NCBI RefSeq assembly: GCF_001949145.1
Contig: NW_019091356.1
Location: 3,640,934 to 3,704,933 of the forward strand
Length of the DNA: 64,000 nt
From: Acanthaster planci
Lineage: Eukaryota
Reading direction: 5' to 3'
Shown here: positions 50,743 through 63,848 of the stretch, one piece after another
How the letters are laid out: every line of letters begins with the position of its first letter
How positions within the stretch are numbered: position 1 is the stretch's first letter
Notes under the pieces: generated by a model
What the model was told of the DNA's origin: nothing
What the model saw: only the letters and a program-made list of their open reading frames with translations
Database searches by the model: none
Program-made: the position numbers and the translations under genes

Positions 50743-52704
50743 GTAAGTTTCTTTTCGATAAAAATGTCAACTTTGAAACCCGTGTGAGAGTCACCATGAC
50801 GTGCGCGCACTGGCTGAACGTGCCGCGGCGTGGCAGCACCCGCCCATCTAATCGACGAAGACTCGGTCACGTCACACCGAAGCGCTGACCGGTATAACAC
50901 ATCGAGGGACGAGAGGACTTTGGTTGTAGTTTGTTTAGTGTTTAATGACACCGTAAACACGTATTTGCTGATGGTCAGATGGTAAAGTGTTGAAAATAGC
51001 AACCACTGCCAGTGCAAGTATCTAGGTGGTGTAGATTAATTGACATTGTCATTAGGACTAGATTTAGACCGTGATATATATTCTGTAATCTTTCTCTTTT
51101 TTCCCCGGAAGTCAACGAGTATGTATTTACAATTAACTCAAATGTTGGGAAAGAGTTCCATATTCGGACTACACTTGATGCCCCTGTGCACACACCTTTG
51201 AGGATTGTCTGGGAAAACAAACGCACTTTTTCTGAGTAAATGCTTCAGAATGTTCGTAGCTAAATTTCACAGTTTAGGACATGTTATCACTTTCTGATGG
51301 CTGTTATAAATATTTGAAGGAAAATTAGTGTTGTCCGTATGTGGAACTTTTCCAAATGTTGATTATCGTCCTCAGGACTTTCAAAAAGTAACCTTCCCAC
51401 TCTGCTTTCTGAGTAGTTGATGTAATGACATGGATGAAAAAGTGTGTTAACCTGATGCACCCAGCGGTGCTTACCACTCTATACCAGTATGTTTAGAGAA
51501 CCTGAATGTCATCATCAAATTCATTTGGTAATTTCACACTTGGCTTCGCCAAATTGGCTTTAAATGGAGTCGTTGAACATGTTTGAAGTGGACACATCAT
51601 GAACAGCAAGCTGAATGTAAATTGTATTTTTGTACTTTGGATCCATAAAAATTCCTCTCGATATGGATGCGAGTGCTTGTAAAATGTTGATACCGAGTGT
51701 TGATCTTCAGCAACATTGTTTTAAAAAGTACACTACACTACTGTCATTATGTAGGGAAGATCAACGAACTGGCAAGGTTGCTCCAAAAAGGCCAACTATC
51801 GTTAGTTTGTTAAAACAGTTGTATCAAAAAGAAACCAGATTAATACATTGGAAATAATCTGTACAAAATAGGCTGAACTTTGCCAACTTGTTAATTCCCT
51901 TTTGTACCAGAGTAAGCGATAGGCCTACTGATGAGTTCAATGTTCATGTATGTACCGTATTTATAATATTGTATTATAAATCCTCATGAGTCCAACTTTT
52001 TGATAGGATGACTATGTACATAGCCTGGTGGCGTGACTATGGAGAGAATGTGTACAAATTAAGATGTGGGACCAGACATTTCTGTTGCCTCACAAATTTA
52101 CTCACACTGTTATAGACAGTGTTGAGAGTGCCAAAGACTGTTGTTTATGTACCTTCACAGTTGGTGAGACTGGATCGGCATGAAAATGCAGATTATAAGC
52201 CTGAAGCATGATGGCCCCCTGCCCTATTCCTCAACTCACCACTGAGTTGAACAATGAAATTTTTCTGCGCATGTTAAATGTTGCCTGGTTTCTCTCTCAG
52301 GCTCACCCTAGGCTCAGCAGAGTAGGAGATCATCAACAGGAGTAGACGGGAAAACATCCGTTAGGAAGCAAACAATTTATCTGCTGGGATTGCTATATCC
52401 CCGCCGGAAGATTACGGAATCAACCTGCTTACATGGGCTATTGACACTGTGGGACGCTGCCTCCATTACGTCGAACTTCAGAGTTGAAAAAAGCCTGCAA
52501 ATTTTGTGGGAGGAAGGCCCACATTACACGAACACATCAGGTCCGAGAAAACTACAGAATTAATCCGATTATCGAAAGAGATTACCCTCTTGGCTTATCG
52601 TGCGTTGAGGGGAGGATTAACGGGTTTTTCCGGCATTGACACTGAGGATTATTAGTGCTTCCGGGTGAAGGCCTGGAGAAATAGGGGGTTAGAAGGCTGC
52701 CAGG

Positions 52705-52824
52705 ATGGGAAACGATCAGAGCACGGGGAAGCTACAGCGTCGGCACAGCTATCCCATGGTTAATAAGACCAAGATGCCGATTCCACCGCAAGCCGAGTTG
52801 GAGGATCGCTTCCAGCGAATTCTG
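52705..52824 (+). CDS. FMNL: Formin-like protein (FMNL/FRL), first coding exon; gene continues beyond the window
   Basis: MGNDQS...KMPIPPQAELEDRFQRIL matches the FMNL N-terminus (MGN...LPMPEPxELEERFxxVL) and has an MGxxxS myristoylation consensus. The donor CTG|GTAAGT is strong and phase 0. The next expected exon (LPPDK...KKW) was not found in the window. Confidence 0.85.
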
Positions 52825-55800
52825 GTAAGTCCATCAATTGTTTCCCCTCCTGCCTCCCTCCCCCCCCGTTTTTTTCAAGTCTTCCCTCCCAACTGTGACA
52901 GTGTCATATGTTAGAAGTAAAAATTGATGTAACCTTCGGGTTACATGCACATGTAGGTCAAATCATCAAGGTGATTGGTTGCAGCACAGATCCTCTGGTC
53001 GCAGCACCCACAAAACTTCCCAGCCTGCGTGTTATTGCCCTTTTCTCGCCCCAAACTGTTGATGGATTTCGGCAGTGAATGCAGCAAGGAAAAAAAATTG
53101 TCAGAAAGGAATTTATCTCTGATTAGAGGATTTATTATACAGTACCTGTACATGGAGACTGTTCTTTTGGGGGGATGGAATAACTGAAAGAATATGTCTC
53201 CCTTCTGTAGGATTCTATGGTAGTGTGTATCATAAATATGCTCTATAGATGTACTGTCCGAGTACATGTGTGGTTAATAACTTCAGACATTCATGTCCAG
53301 CTCTAGACAAAAGTTTACATATCTTAAAATTACAATAGTTACAGACTAGGATTTGTTTATCAGGAAATTAGACCATTTTTGTTTTTTCATTAAAAAAGTA
53401 AGTCCATTATGAGAACATGAAAGCTTTCTGATGTTTTCTCAACACTAGACACATTTTCAAAATACACTGAATGCTGTATCCAGGGGAATTTGAATTCCAG
53501 CCATAGAGGTAATGTGATACCAGCCATGCTCTTTGGAATCTAGTACCTTTGTGTTAAAAGTGAGAAGTTGAAGAATTCCCAAGGGCATGCTGGTGGAGGC
53601 GATAACAGTAGGCCATGGCATTTGACAGGGTTCGCCCTCTGCTTCAGTTTACAAGTTTATTTTGAACACCTGCAAAAGTTCAGCCTCGCTGGATTTTTCT
53701 TAACATCTGAACTACGATGTCTAGCTCTGGTGAGATGTAGTTACTAGAAATGTTGAAGTGCCTTTTCTGAAACTTTTGTCCTGTTTAATTACAAACGGTT
53801 GGCCATTTTGGCATTGTACCCCGAAACTGAATCAAGTTTGAACAGTATATCCAAGCGGCCTTTGATTAACGGGTAGGGCCACCACATGTGCTTTTCTGTG
53901 TCCTGGCGATCATCGTAGGAACATTGATGGAGGTTGTGGAGATGTACAAGGTCAAATTTGGGGGAAGCCATGCTGACAGGAAGTGTGACAGAAACCACAC
54001 AATCAACCCACTCTTGAACAAATGTACAATGCAAACACTAGAGGTACTGATCATTTTTTTTTTCAAGGTCTGTCTGTGCGTGCGAGTGACTGAAGGTTGT
54101 GGCTTGTACGAGGCAGAAAATATTCTCTGGTTTAGGGCTTACATTCTCTTCAAAGCCATAGAAATGCAACGCATTGTAAATATCAAATCAGATCTAGTCC
54201 GACAGGTAGTGTACAGACTGTACACCGAGCATGGAACATATTACTTACTTATACTTTGTCACTGTGGCTTATCAGTGAATTAGAACAAAAAATCTGCCCT
54301 TGAAATGGTTGGATTTGGACTGTCGGACAGGGTCCGTCCCAGCGTCATTGTCACATGAGTTGTGATAGGAGCGGTAGATTGGCAAAAATAACTATGATTC
54401 ATAATAAACTTGAGCCAAATAGACACGTTGGGTTCAGTAAGAGGAAGTATGTGACATAAAACACCCTTGGGAAAAAGAGCGCCGTTTTCTCTGTTTGCAA
54501 TATTTGTCCATGAACTGGTGTACATGTACATATCCACGCACATACAGTGTAGATGTTAGCCAATAGCCATGGTATGCTATTTGGTAGTGCCAGGTACCGG
54601 AACTTCGCACTTCCTTTAGAAGCCGAAATATGTAACTCTGTAGTAAGGTGTCAGTGGAATTGCCTAGAGATTTCTGTGAAACCTGCATGTATGTGATTTA
54701 CGGGTAACTCTACCAAGTGTCATGAACTCCATGATTTGTTGGGAGAGTTTTCTGTTTACCCGACATTACACAAGGGGATCTGTGTAACTAGCCTCAGTTG
54801 AAGTTCTGAGGCAAGGTGTGGAGTTCTGTTCACATATCTTCAGGTTTATTTTTTCCTAAGTGCATGTACTGTACACAGATTTTTCCCTGTACGTATATGT
54901 ACACTGCTACATAAACAAGTAGGCCTGTATTTCGGCAGGGAATCAATTGTAAAAGTTATCGAGATATGAATGTGTGCACATTTACTGTACCTGTATGCCC
55001 CTGACCTCTTATCAAAATGTCATTTTGTGTCTAGCCTTGCATTCACGATAACAGGGTTTGCAAAACCCAACAGTTTATTGCAGTAATTGTCGGACCGTGA
55101 AATTCCATGCCCACTCAATGCAAGGGTGTTTGTGAACTTCAAAAAGAGGAATCATTTCCATTGCATTCAGGCCTTGCTGTCTGGAAAAATGGAATAAGGA
55201 AAGAGAAAGAGAAATTTGGCAGAGCCCTGTCTGTGACTCAGTATTCATGTATTGCATTGTCAAAGCAATGCAGCAAGCCATCGGTTAATTTGGTTTAGAA
55301 ATTATGGGAGGTGCTCGGTTGAGTTTATGCAGAGCAAAAGAAAGGGATTAACAGTTCCTGGACTGCGTTAGGAATGCAAGACCTGCATTAACCCAAAGTG
55401 TGATAGAAAGGAACATGAGGAAGTTGCCAGAATATTGGGCATTGCGCTGAGAAAGGAAATTGCTGCTTCTAAAAATGGTTTTTGGAAGAATTGCTAAGCC
55501 AAGTCAAAACAAGCTTCATGTACATGTAGTTAGAGCTTGAGATAATGCCTAACTTTCAGTGAAAATCCCAGAAGAATTAGGGAATCGTCATGGAGGAGGC
55601 CATTGTAACGGTACTTGAAATGGACTGGTACATGTACATCTATCCCGCACCGTATAAATTAATTGGTGGCATTGTTTACTAACTTGTTGTCTTTTGTTTA
55701 TTATTCCTTCATTTATCATCCCTTGTCATAATCAAAACATGTCTGTTGTTTTGAAAGCATGATAACCTGCAAACAGTTTTTGGATAGTGCATGTCCTAGT

Positions 55801-56741
55801 ACCAGTATGTCTCGGGCTGGTCAGTGCACTTGTCATCCCGAAAGCCTCTCGTTCGAGAACTAAATTCTTCACCTAGCCTTCTTCCACTGAACTCGATATC
55901 TTCTCTACACCCAGCGACTCTTGTCTGGAAGGGGATTTTTCTGTTGCATCTCTTCCCTCCTTTTTGTTCAGTCTTGTCAGGCTTCATTTATACCGCAAGT
56001 ATGTAAACAACGACCCCTGGTGGTCGGGGTCCAAGAATACCTTCCAGAAGCCCCATTGGCTGGAGTTCTGGAGGGCACAGCTGACAGCTTGGTATTCTGC
56101 TGCATACTCAGGCAGTGACATCTTCACTTCTACCGGGGAACAGTATCCTTCTGCCCCCCCCCCAAACATACGTAATCAGATCTGCCTCAGAATTTACAGC
56201 TTGGAATCTTACTGTCCTAGAATGTGACAGCAAGCTATAAATTACCAGTGGTTGTGCAGACAAGCAGCAGCTCTGAAAGGTCTCAAACAAGACCAGCAAA
56301 TTTATCACTACTGTGTGAAAGGTTTCAGTATTACACTGTACTGTACATGTACATTTTTAACGATTTAGAAGATGGCCTTTAGCCGAAAGCATTTCCACTT
56401 CTTTTTTTTTCTTATTCAGATGAGAAAAGTGGTATTTAAAATATCTCACAGATCCATTCATTCTCCTGTGATATGATGAAAAATGTGATATGGAAAAGGC
56501 AGTGTGTGTGAAAACAATGTTGACAATCTCAATGGGCTTACATGACCATTTCAGTTTTGTTCTAAAGCTTGTGCGTGTGAATCGTGGTTGGGAAGTACAT
56601 GTGCCGGTATGACGAAAGGCATTTTCTTCAACTTCAAGTTCATTGAACTGAAGGAATCCCTTTGAGCTTTGAGCCCTCTGTAGTTGAATTTCTGACCATT
56701 GGATTTCCTGCTTCACAGACCTCATCTGAGCTACCATAACA

Positions 56742-57111
56742 CCCGTCCCGCCCCAACCCATCCCTGTCTCCACCTCACCACACCCCCAGACCTGTCCCAC
56801 CCTACCACCTCACCCCTGTCGTATAGTACCCTCACATCCCACCATGACCCCATTCAAACCCTCAGCTCCACCCATCTCTACTCCATTCAACCAGACCCCC
56901 GTCTCACCCCAACCCATCCCTGTCTCCACCTCACCACACCCCCCAGACCTCTTCCTTTTCTGTCTCACCCTACCACCTCACCCCTGTCGTATAGTACCCT
57001 CACATCCCACCATGACCCCATTCAAACCCTCAGCTCCACCCATCTCTACTCCATTCAACCAGACCCCCGTCCCGCCCCAACCCATCCCTGTCTCCACCTC
57101 ACCACACCCCC
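56742..57111. repeat. C-rich tandem repeat with 156/168-bp units (about 2.3 copies)
   Basis: Units start at 56742, 56898 and 57066 and are near-identical. Confidence 0.92.
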
Positions 57112-60100
57112 ATTTACTCCACCCCTGCACAAGGACCACACCCATGCAAAACTAACATCCTCTGCCTTAAATTCTACCAGTGTAATTGATATACCAATAG
57201 ACTTTGAAATACCTAGGCTGACATATGCTTGCTGGCCCATTGCCAGTACATTTAACAATTATGATAATAGAATTTCCTGCAAAGTACACTGACCCAAGAT
57301 ATACCAAGTCCCCAAATATGAATAATTGCCGAATCTTTAGAGAGGAGTAGCTATGTGCGAAGCATGCCAGTCAAGTGTCTACAAAATGGATTTTGCCGAG
57401 TCGGCACGCGCCGATCTCTCTAAAGTTGCAAAAGCCCCGTCTTGAGAATACGCCTGATGTGAGGATGTCCGAAGAAATGATCTGACAGCTGGGATACTAG
57501 CATCTGCTCTTGGATTGGAAGGAGATGGTTCATTGCCTTCGGTGAGGAATTTTTCTCCTCATGTTTGATTGATTGCAGAACCATTAGCCTGATTTTTGAC
57601 TACACGTACCAGTAACTGTGGTGACTACATTGTAGACCATCAGTTTCTGGTACATGTTGTATTACCGGTGCATGCAAACACCAGACATAGAAAATCATTT
57701 CTCAGTCGGGATCTTGCGGCTCAAGTGCAGAAATGACAAAAACAGTTCAGCTGCGCACCATCGAGCAAATCAGTGAAAAATGCTGAAAACAAGAAGTAAC
57801 TAAAATCCTTCAAAAACCATATGGTATTATACATGCACATGTTAGCCATTTCCCCACCACCGATGATTTTCAATTGTTCACTTCACCAGAATACCACTAC
57901 ATGTAGTTGTCCCCCCCAAAGTGTACAATTACTGCCCAAGGAAACTCAAATTCATCTCCATAATTCGAAGGTCTATTTTGCTCGGGTCTCAATTTCTTCC
58001 CCGTCATTGTTAATCGTCGTCCCCCTTTTTTTTTTCATCAGCAGTACGATACGTAGCTCTCCCATTACTAGATAATCCAGCCGTGCATGTATACCAAGTG
58101 ACTCATAGCGATCTTCCTTGTACATCTGCAAAAAAGATTATTCTGCAATTTCGATGCAGAGGATTCAGACCTCTCTGATGGATTGATGCATATTAATTTT
58201 GGGGAGATGTTGGTTTTTTTTTTTCCTTCTCTGTAAATGCAGCTTGGATTGAAGAATATCTTGACTGTCAGTTGACCCTGAGTGTGTGTGTTTCAAGAGG
58301 CTTGTTTTCATTGAGGGACTGGTAACTATTTTGGTTTGAGGCCATATGCGAGGGGTGAATTAGCCTTTGATCAAGGCGCCCGCTTTTGATCAAGGAATTG
58401 AATATCACTTCCAAGTTGACGACTTACTGGTACTCCTCAGTGTATTTCAGGGTTTAAAAAATTGACCTTTGAAACATGTCAATTTGTGGCTGTGTTTACC
58501 TGGATCGCTGGTCAGGAACTGATCTTGAAACTGGGCTGGGTCGAAGGTCAAGGGAAATAATTTTGACAAATGGTGAAGAATAGCTCTGGGTAGAATAGAA
58601 GAATTGATGGGAATTCCAGTGAGCATTCCAATTTGAATACAAGCCCAAGTATTTGCCAGTAGGCCTCTTGTCCTGTGAATGCAGTGAATGGATCTATTTC
58701 GTTGATCCATACGGTAGTTGAGTCTTTGCAAAAGGTTCTGCGGATGACCATCATCTCACAAATGTCTGAATTTCCTATTCAAAAGTTTCCTTTTTGACCG
58801 TCATTTCCAATTTTTTGTAAAGTGTTTTTCATGTTTGTTTGGTAGAAGGAAATGAGTGCACGTTACATAGCCTGTCTGCGTCCATACATGTTATTTAATG
58901 TACGTACATGTATACATGTACATGTACGTACATGTATGTATAAGAACGATTGTCTGAATAGGGTGTACTCTGGTTTTTCAGCGTCATCGGTGCCAAGGCC
59001 AAACTTGTGTTTAGATACCCCACTGAATTATTTTTGCTACATACATACTGAATTATTAATACATACAGGGATGTCTGCCACTGCTACACAAGGTACCAGC
59101 TGGTGCTACATGTATGTTACATGGAGGGGTAGATTTATGGTCATGTTTTGGGTAACTGACAGGAACTGGTGTACATTCAAGGGGAACCCAACAACTGAGG
59201 GTTGTGGTGGTGTTGTTTTGAAGTGGAACCATTGTGGGTCAGGGTTAGGCAATTAGGACCCCGGCTTGGTAATTAATTCAGCTTTTTTTTTCAGTGGAAC
59301 TGTTGTGGGACATTAATTTTCAGGAAATTTGCAGGAATCAGGCGTGCAAGTCTTCTTGGGATCAGCTGATTTCCTTGTTTTTCACTTCACGCTCATGCCA
59401 TTGAAAATTGAAAACGCTGTAACGAGTCTTGTTTAGATTGCAATTTCCTTTTTTTTTGGGTTAAAAAGTCCAAGGTGCATGCCGGAGGAATTCAGATTTT
59501 TTTTAAAATTTTCTGTTGGAATCTTGAGGGGTGATTCTGTTCTCAGAAAAAAAATCAGTGTTTTTTTATCTGATTGACCTTTTTGTTAGGGGGGGTGTTC
59601 TTTGAAGATAGTCCACAGTGGTGCAAGGTTTGAAACATAAAATGAAACAGTAAACAGGAACGATATTAAAGATAGCGCCTACTACTGGTACAGTGGTAGG
59701 CAGTGGTTGCATTACATGAAAAAATTCTCTTTGCTCTTTGCTTTCAAATGTACTGTTTACCGTACGCATCCACCATGATACTGTTTGCAAAATTGTGTAC
59801 AGACGAGACTGCATTCATTGTAGGCCCTATACCCTCCTTAATTTCTATTTTGTATCATTCTCTGGGTAGGTTGCACACTGTAAACAACACGTACATGTTC
59901 GGCTGTACGTTAAGAAAGGGTAACATGACTGACTGCTCTTTGTAACGAGCTGGCTCATTCTCTGCATAAGTACTGGTACATGTACATGTGCACACATATC
60001 CCTGTATTTCATAAGACACTGTCCTTGTGAAAGAGAAATAGAAACCAGGCAGTGCAGTGTGTGGGGTGTTTATTTTAAAACGGGCTTAGCGCTTTTGCTG

Positions 60101-60304
60101 TTGATATTACTGGCCATGGTTGTGTTGCCTTTAGAGGTTAGAGCGCGTTTACATTTACATGTATGTGCACCCTTCAACGTTTTTGTTGTTTATATTGCCA
60201 TGAAGGATGTTGGAATCTTCCAATTAAATGAAGGTGCTTCACCATTTTTGAACAGGGTTTTCAGGCTTCCATCACGTTTATCTATCTCGCAGTGGTGTTC
60301 GTTA

Positions 60305-60500
60305 GTTTTACAACCCTTGGTCCAAGCACTAAAACCCTTATTACTTAGTCTCACAAGTCGTGCGTTGCAAGTGCTACAACGCTTGATTTCAAGCACTACA
60401 GCCCTAGTTTTAAGCACTACATGTACAACCATGATTATAAGCACTACAGCCATGATTATAAGCAGTTTTAAGCCCTTGGTTGTAAGCTCTACAACCCTTA
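60305..60500. repeat. Degenerate 21-bp minisatellite
   Basis: AAGCACTACA-type units at 60369, 60391, 60412, 60439 and 60460. Confidence 0.75.
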
Positions 60501-61398
60501 GTCTGAAAGAGTTGAACTGCCCTCTGAATTGTGAGAACTGTAACCCTTGATTTTTTGGAGGATGATGTAGATTTATAACAACAGGTTTAGATGAGTCATA
60601 CAGAGTTTAAAGGCACAGACTTGGCTGTAGTTTTGGGGTGCAGTCAGTGCCGAGAACGTGCCCTGTTGTTTTGCGCAGGAGGTCAGAAAAATGGTTACCA
60701 AGCAGCAGAACCACCGTCAGGATTTGGAATGCCAGCAAGGGAATTTCTATTTTAGGAAAGCTTCCAGATCAGAACTAAAATAGCATTGGCATTTTACCAA
60801 AAAATGGAAAGATTTGGTAATGGCTGTTGCTGTATATACATTTATGATCTGTTTAATAGGGCTCAAATAATGAAATCAATCTTTTCCTTGTTGTACATGT
60901 ATTGTAAATAATATGGCACACAAGGGCTCACTCTGGTCATAAACACATAGGGGCCTGTGCAGCACAGAAATTTACAAAATATACGTTCTACATGGTGGCA
61001 TAAATGCATATTTGCTTTCAGTTTGTGTTTTAAATTTTCTGTTTTTTTTTTCCGTGTTTGGATAAAGTGACATGTGCTAATGGGTTGGAAAAAAGTGACC
61101 CGTCACAACTTCTAACTTTAAAGTTTGTGTCAGTTTGTGCGTACTGCTACCAGTATTCTGGTTCCCACAGGTTGAGACTGAGAGTGAAGTTTGGAATGCT
61201 GTGCTATGAACATTGTAGTCTCAAAGATGTGTTTGTGTCCAAATCAAATTGATTTGTACTGTTATGCAACACTATCGCATGAGTGCGGCGCACAGGGGAT
61301 CGGGAGAGGATGATAACGCATTTATCTCGCAGGCAAATGCACTACCGGTACCTTTGACTATGTTACACGCTTGTTTCATGTGAATTGGGCTTATTGGG

Positions 61399-61595
61399 GT
61401 GAGTTCAACCTGGAAATGAGCACAAACAGTTTTCAACCCGGGTTGAAAATCTCAACCCAGGTCTGGAGAAGGGTTGAGTGCATCCCTATCCCGGGTTGAA
61501 GTCAATCTCGGGGTTGACGCAGGGTTGAAAACTTTCAAGTGTGAATCGCCGCCAGTTTTCAACCCTGCTTCAACCCAGCGTCATCCTCGAGATTT
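61399..61595. repeat. Palindrome-rich CAACCC/GGGTTG element (probable MITE remnant)
   Basis: Perfect 20-bp palindrome TTTTCAACCCGGGTTGAAAA at 61430-61449, plus several further TCAACCC/GGGTTGA units. Confidence 0.55.
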
Positions 61596-62808
61596 GCCTA
61601 CTGCGAAAAGGCCATTAGTTACACGGGGTCTGACATGGTATGAACCCTGCTGTACAGTCATAATCACATCGTTTGCTTGCCATGGATCAACCAATCAGAA
61701 TAAAGAATTCAAGTTTGCTTGAAGATAACTTGAAATGTTGGACGGTTACAATACCAGTACATGTACTGTACATGTGTGCTTCTCGGACTGTTAACTACCA
61801 GTGCTCGACGCATTGAACAAGTTTACAATACTTTTGTACAGGTATGTCTGGATCAGGGATGCCTTTGTGAACATAATGCCAGTGTACAGTGTAGTTTAAT
61901 CCAGTTAAGCTTGGAAACACCCTTATTGTATTACAGTGCGTGGGTCAGTGGGAACCATCCATGCATCATAATAGACCTGCCACTTATCGGAAAGGTGGGG
62001 CACCGGTGCCAGGAAACTATTCCCAGACGGAGCCTAGTGCAATTGGGACCAGCTAGAGTGGACTGCTTTTGGGTCATGGATCGGATGATCACATGTACAT
62101 GTGCATGTACCGGTACATGGACCTGGTCAGTCGTAATTAATGTTTGTCATTTTAATTCGAAAATTAAAAAAAAAACACACACACAAAAAAACATTTACAG
62201 CAAACCTCCAAAATCCAAAGGAGATGTAGAGTTACACGTACCGGTACTTGTTCTGCCAGCTTCACTCTCAACTAATTTTAGGGCAACTGGCGTCCCAACT
62301 AAGCTTCAGTGTACATATCCTTGCCTTCATTTGGTGATCTCCTATTGTCTTCACCGAAGTGGAGGGTCGATAGCCTCCAATCTAACCAAAAACTGATTCA
62401 ATTTTTGTCCATAATCATTTCCTGTATTTATTCTGTTACTGATGACCTTTTTACATGAAGTACTGGATTACATCAATTGTTCCATTCTTAATGTGCGTGC
62501 GGTGTCTCTACCCAATATTTTTGGTGGCTTTTTTTTCTACGGTACCTTTACTCATTTCCTGAGCCACGAGATTGCGAACAGGCGGACGTTCGGGTGGGTT
62601 CCTTTCTTTCAGGCTTCCTGTATGCCCAAGGTCTCCGGTATATACTGCACAAGAAGTAAACTGAACATGAGTTAATAAGGCCAAACAATTGTAGAATTCT
62701 CACAATCACATGCAGAAGTCATTTCTCTTCTGTTTGAAACCTGTCCTGATTTGTGAGTTCCAAGAAATGGTCTTGATGACGAAATCTTGTAACTTAAAAA
62801 GCAGAAGA

Positions 62809-62906
62809 TTGGAACCTGAAGTCTTAATCTCAAGTGCTGTTTGGAACCTGAAGTCTTAATCTCAAGTGCTGTTTGGAACCTGAAGTCTTAATCTCAAGTG
62901 CTGTTT
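62809..62906. repeat. Perfect 32-bp tandem repeat x3
   Basis: TTGGAACCTGAAGTCTTAATCTCAAGTGCTGT head-to-tail with no spacers. Confidence 0.95.
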
Positions 62907-63516
62907 ATTGGTGTGAATGTGGGTCTTTTTCAGTAGTGCTTACACTTGAGAGTGTGTGCTTTTGACGTCTGTGTCGTAGTTGACGTTTCCTCCTTGTCTC
63001 TCCATTGCTGTTGTGTTTTATCAATATGAGGAAATGTTTTTTCAGCGAGAACAACGTCTGTTTCCTTGGATTTGGTATTTATCAGTGTCCCAATGGCTGC
63101 TTAGAAAGATTCATCCTTAACTTGAAATTAATCACTGATGACATTGTCGTGTGGAGAATTGTTGGTGATGCACGACCTCTGCATAATTGTGACGTCTTTG
63201 AGCATGACGACAGCAAAGGTCAGTGCCACGCGATACTACCAAACGACCAAACCTTAAACCTGCATTAGTCCATCTGGTTACAGGATGTCCCAGTAGACAT
63301 GAGAAAAAAAAATTGAATGGGTCAAGTCCCATGATGACAAATCTGGTTCAAGTAAACACAGTCTCTGATCACTCAGTAGTGGATGAGTGAACAGAGAGTC
63401 TGAAGTCCATGGGGTCTAGAATGAGCACTGCAGGGGTGCATAGACTCTGTTAGGTTGTAGATTGAAGGTGGTAAATGCAGAAGGATGGTGGGCAGGACTT
63501 GAAGGAAGAGTGGGCG

Positions 63517-63848
63517 NNNNNNNNNNNNNNNNNNNNNNNNNNNNNNNNNNNNNNNNNNNNNNNNNNNNNNNNNNNNNNNNNNNNNNNNNNNNNNNNNNNN
63601 NNNNNNNNNNNNNNNNNNNNNNNNNNNNNNNNNNNNNNNNNNNNNNNNNNNNNNNNNNNNNNNNNNNNNNNNNNNNNNNNNNNNNNNNNNNNNNNNNNNN
63701 NNNNNNNNNNNNNNNNNNNNNNNNNNNNNNNNNNNNNNNNNNNNNNNNNNNNNNNNNNNNNNNNNNNNNNNNNNNNNNNNNNNNNNNNNNNNNNNNNNNN
63801 NNNNNNNNNNNNNNNNNNNNNNNNNNNNNNNNNNNNNNNNNNNNNNNN
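63517..63848. other. Assembly gap (332 N)
   Basis: Run of n in the sequence. Confidence 1.

Noticed and set aside
56699..57292. 197-aa Pro/His/Thr-rich ORF and overlapping ORFs
   Set aside because: These are a by-product of the C-rich tandem repeat, with no recognisable domain.
60059..62396. 163-aa and 211-aa ORFs in the FMNL intron
   Set aside because: No recognisable motifs; the first overlaps a minisatellite and neither resembles the next FMNL exon.
62809..62906. 32-bp repeats of CRISPR-like length
   Set aside because: The repeats are directly adjacent with no spacers or cas genes, in a eukaryotic intron.
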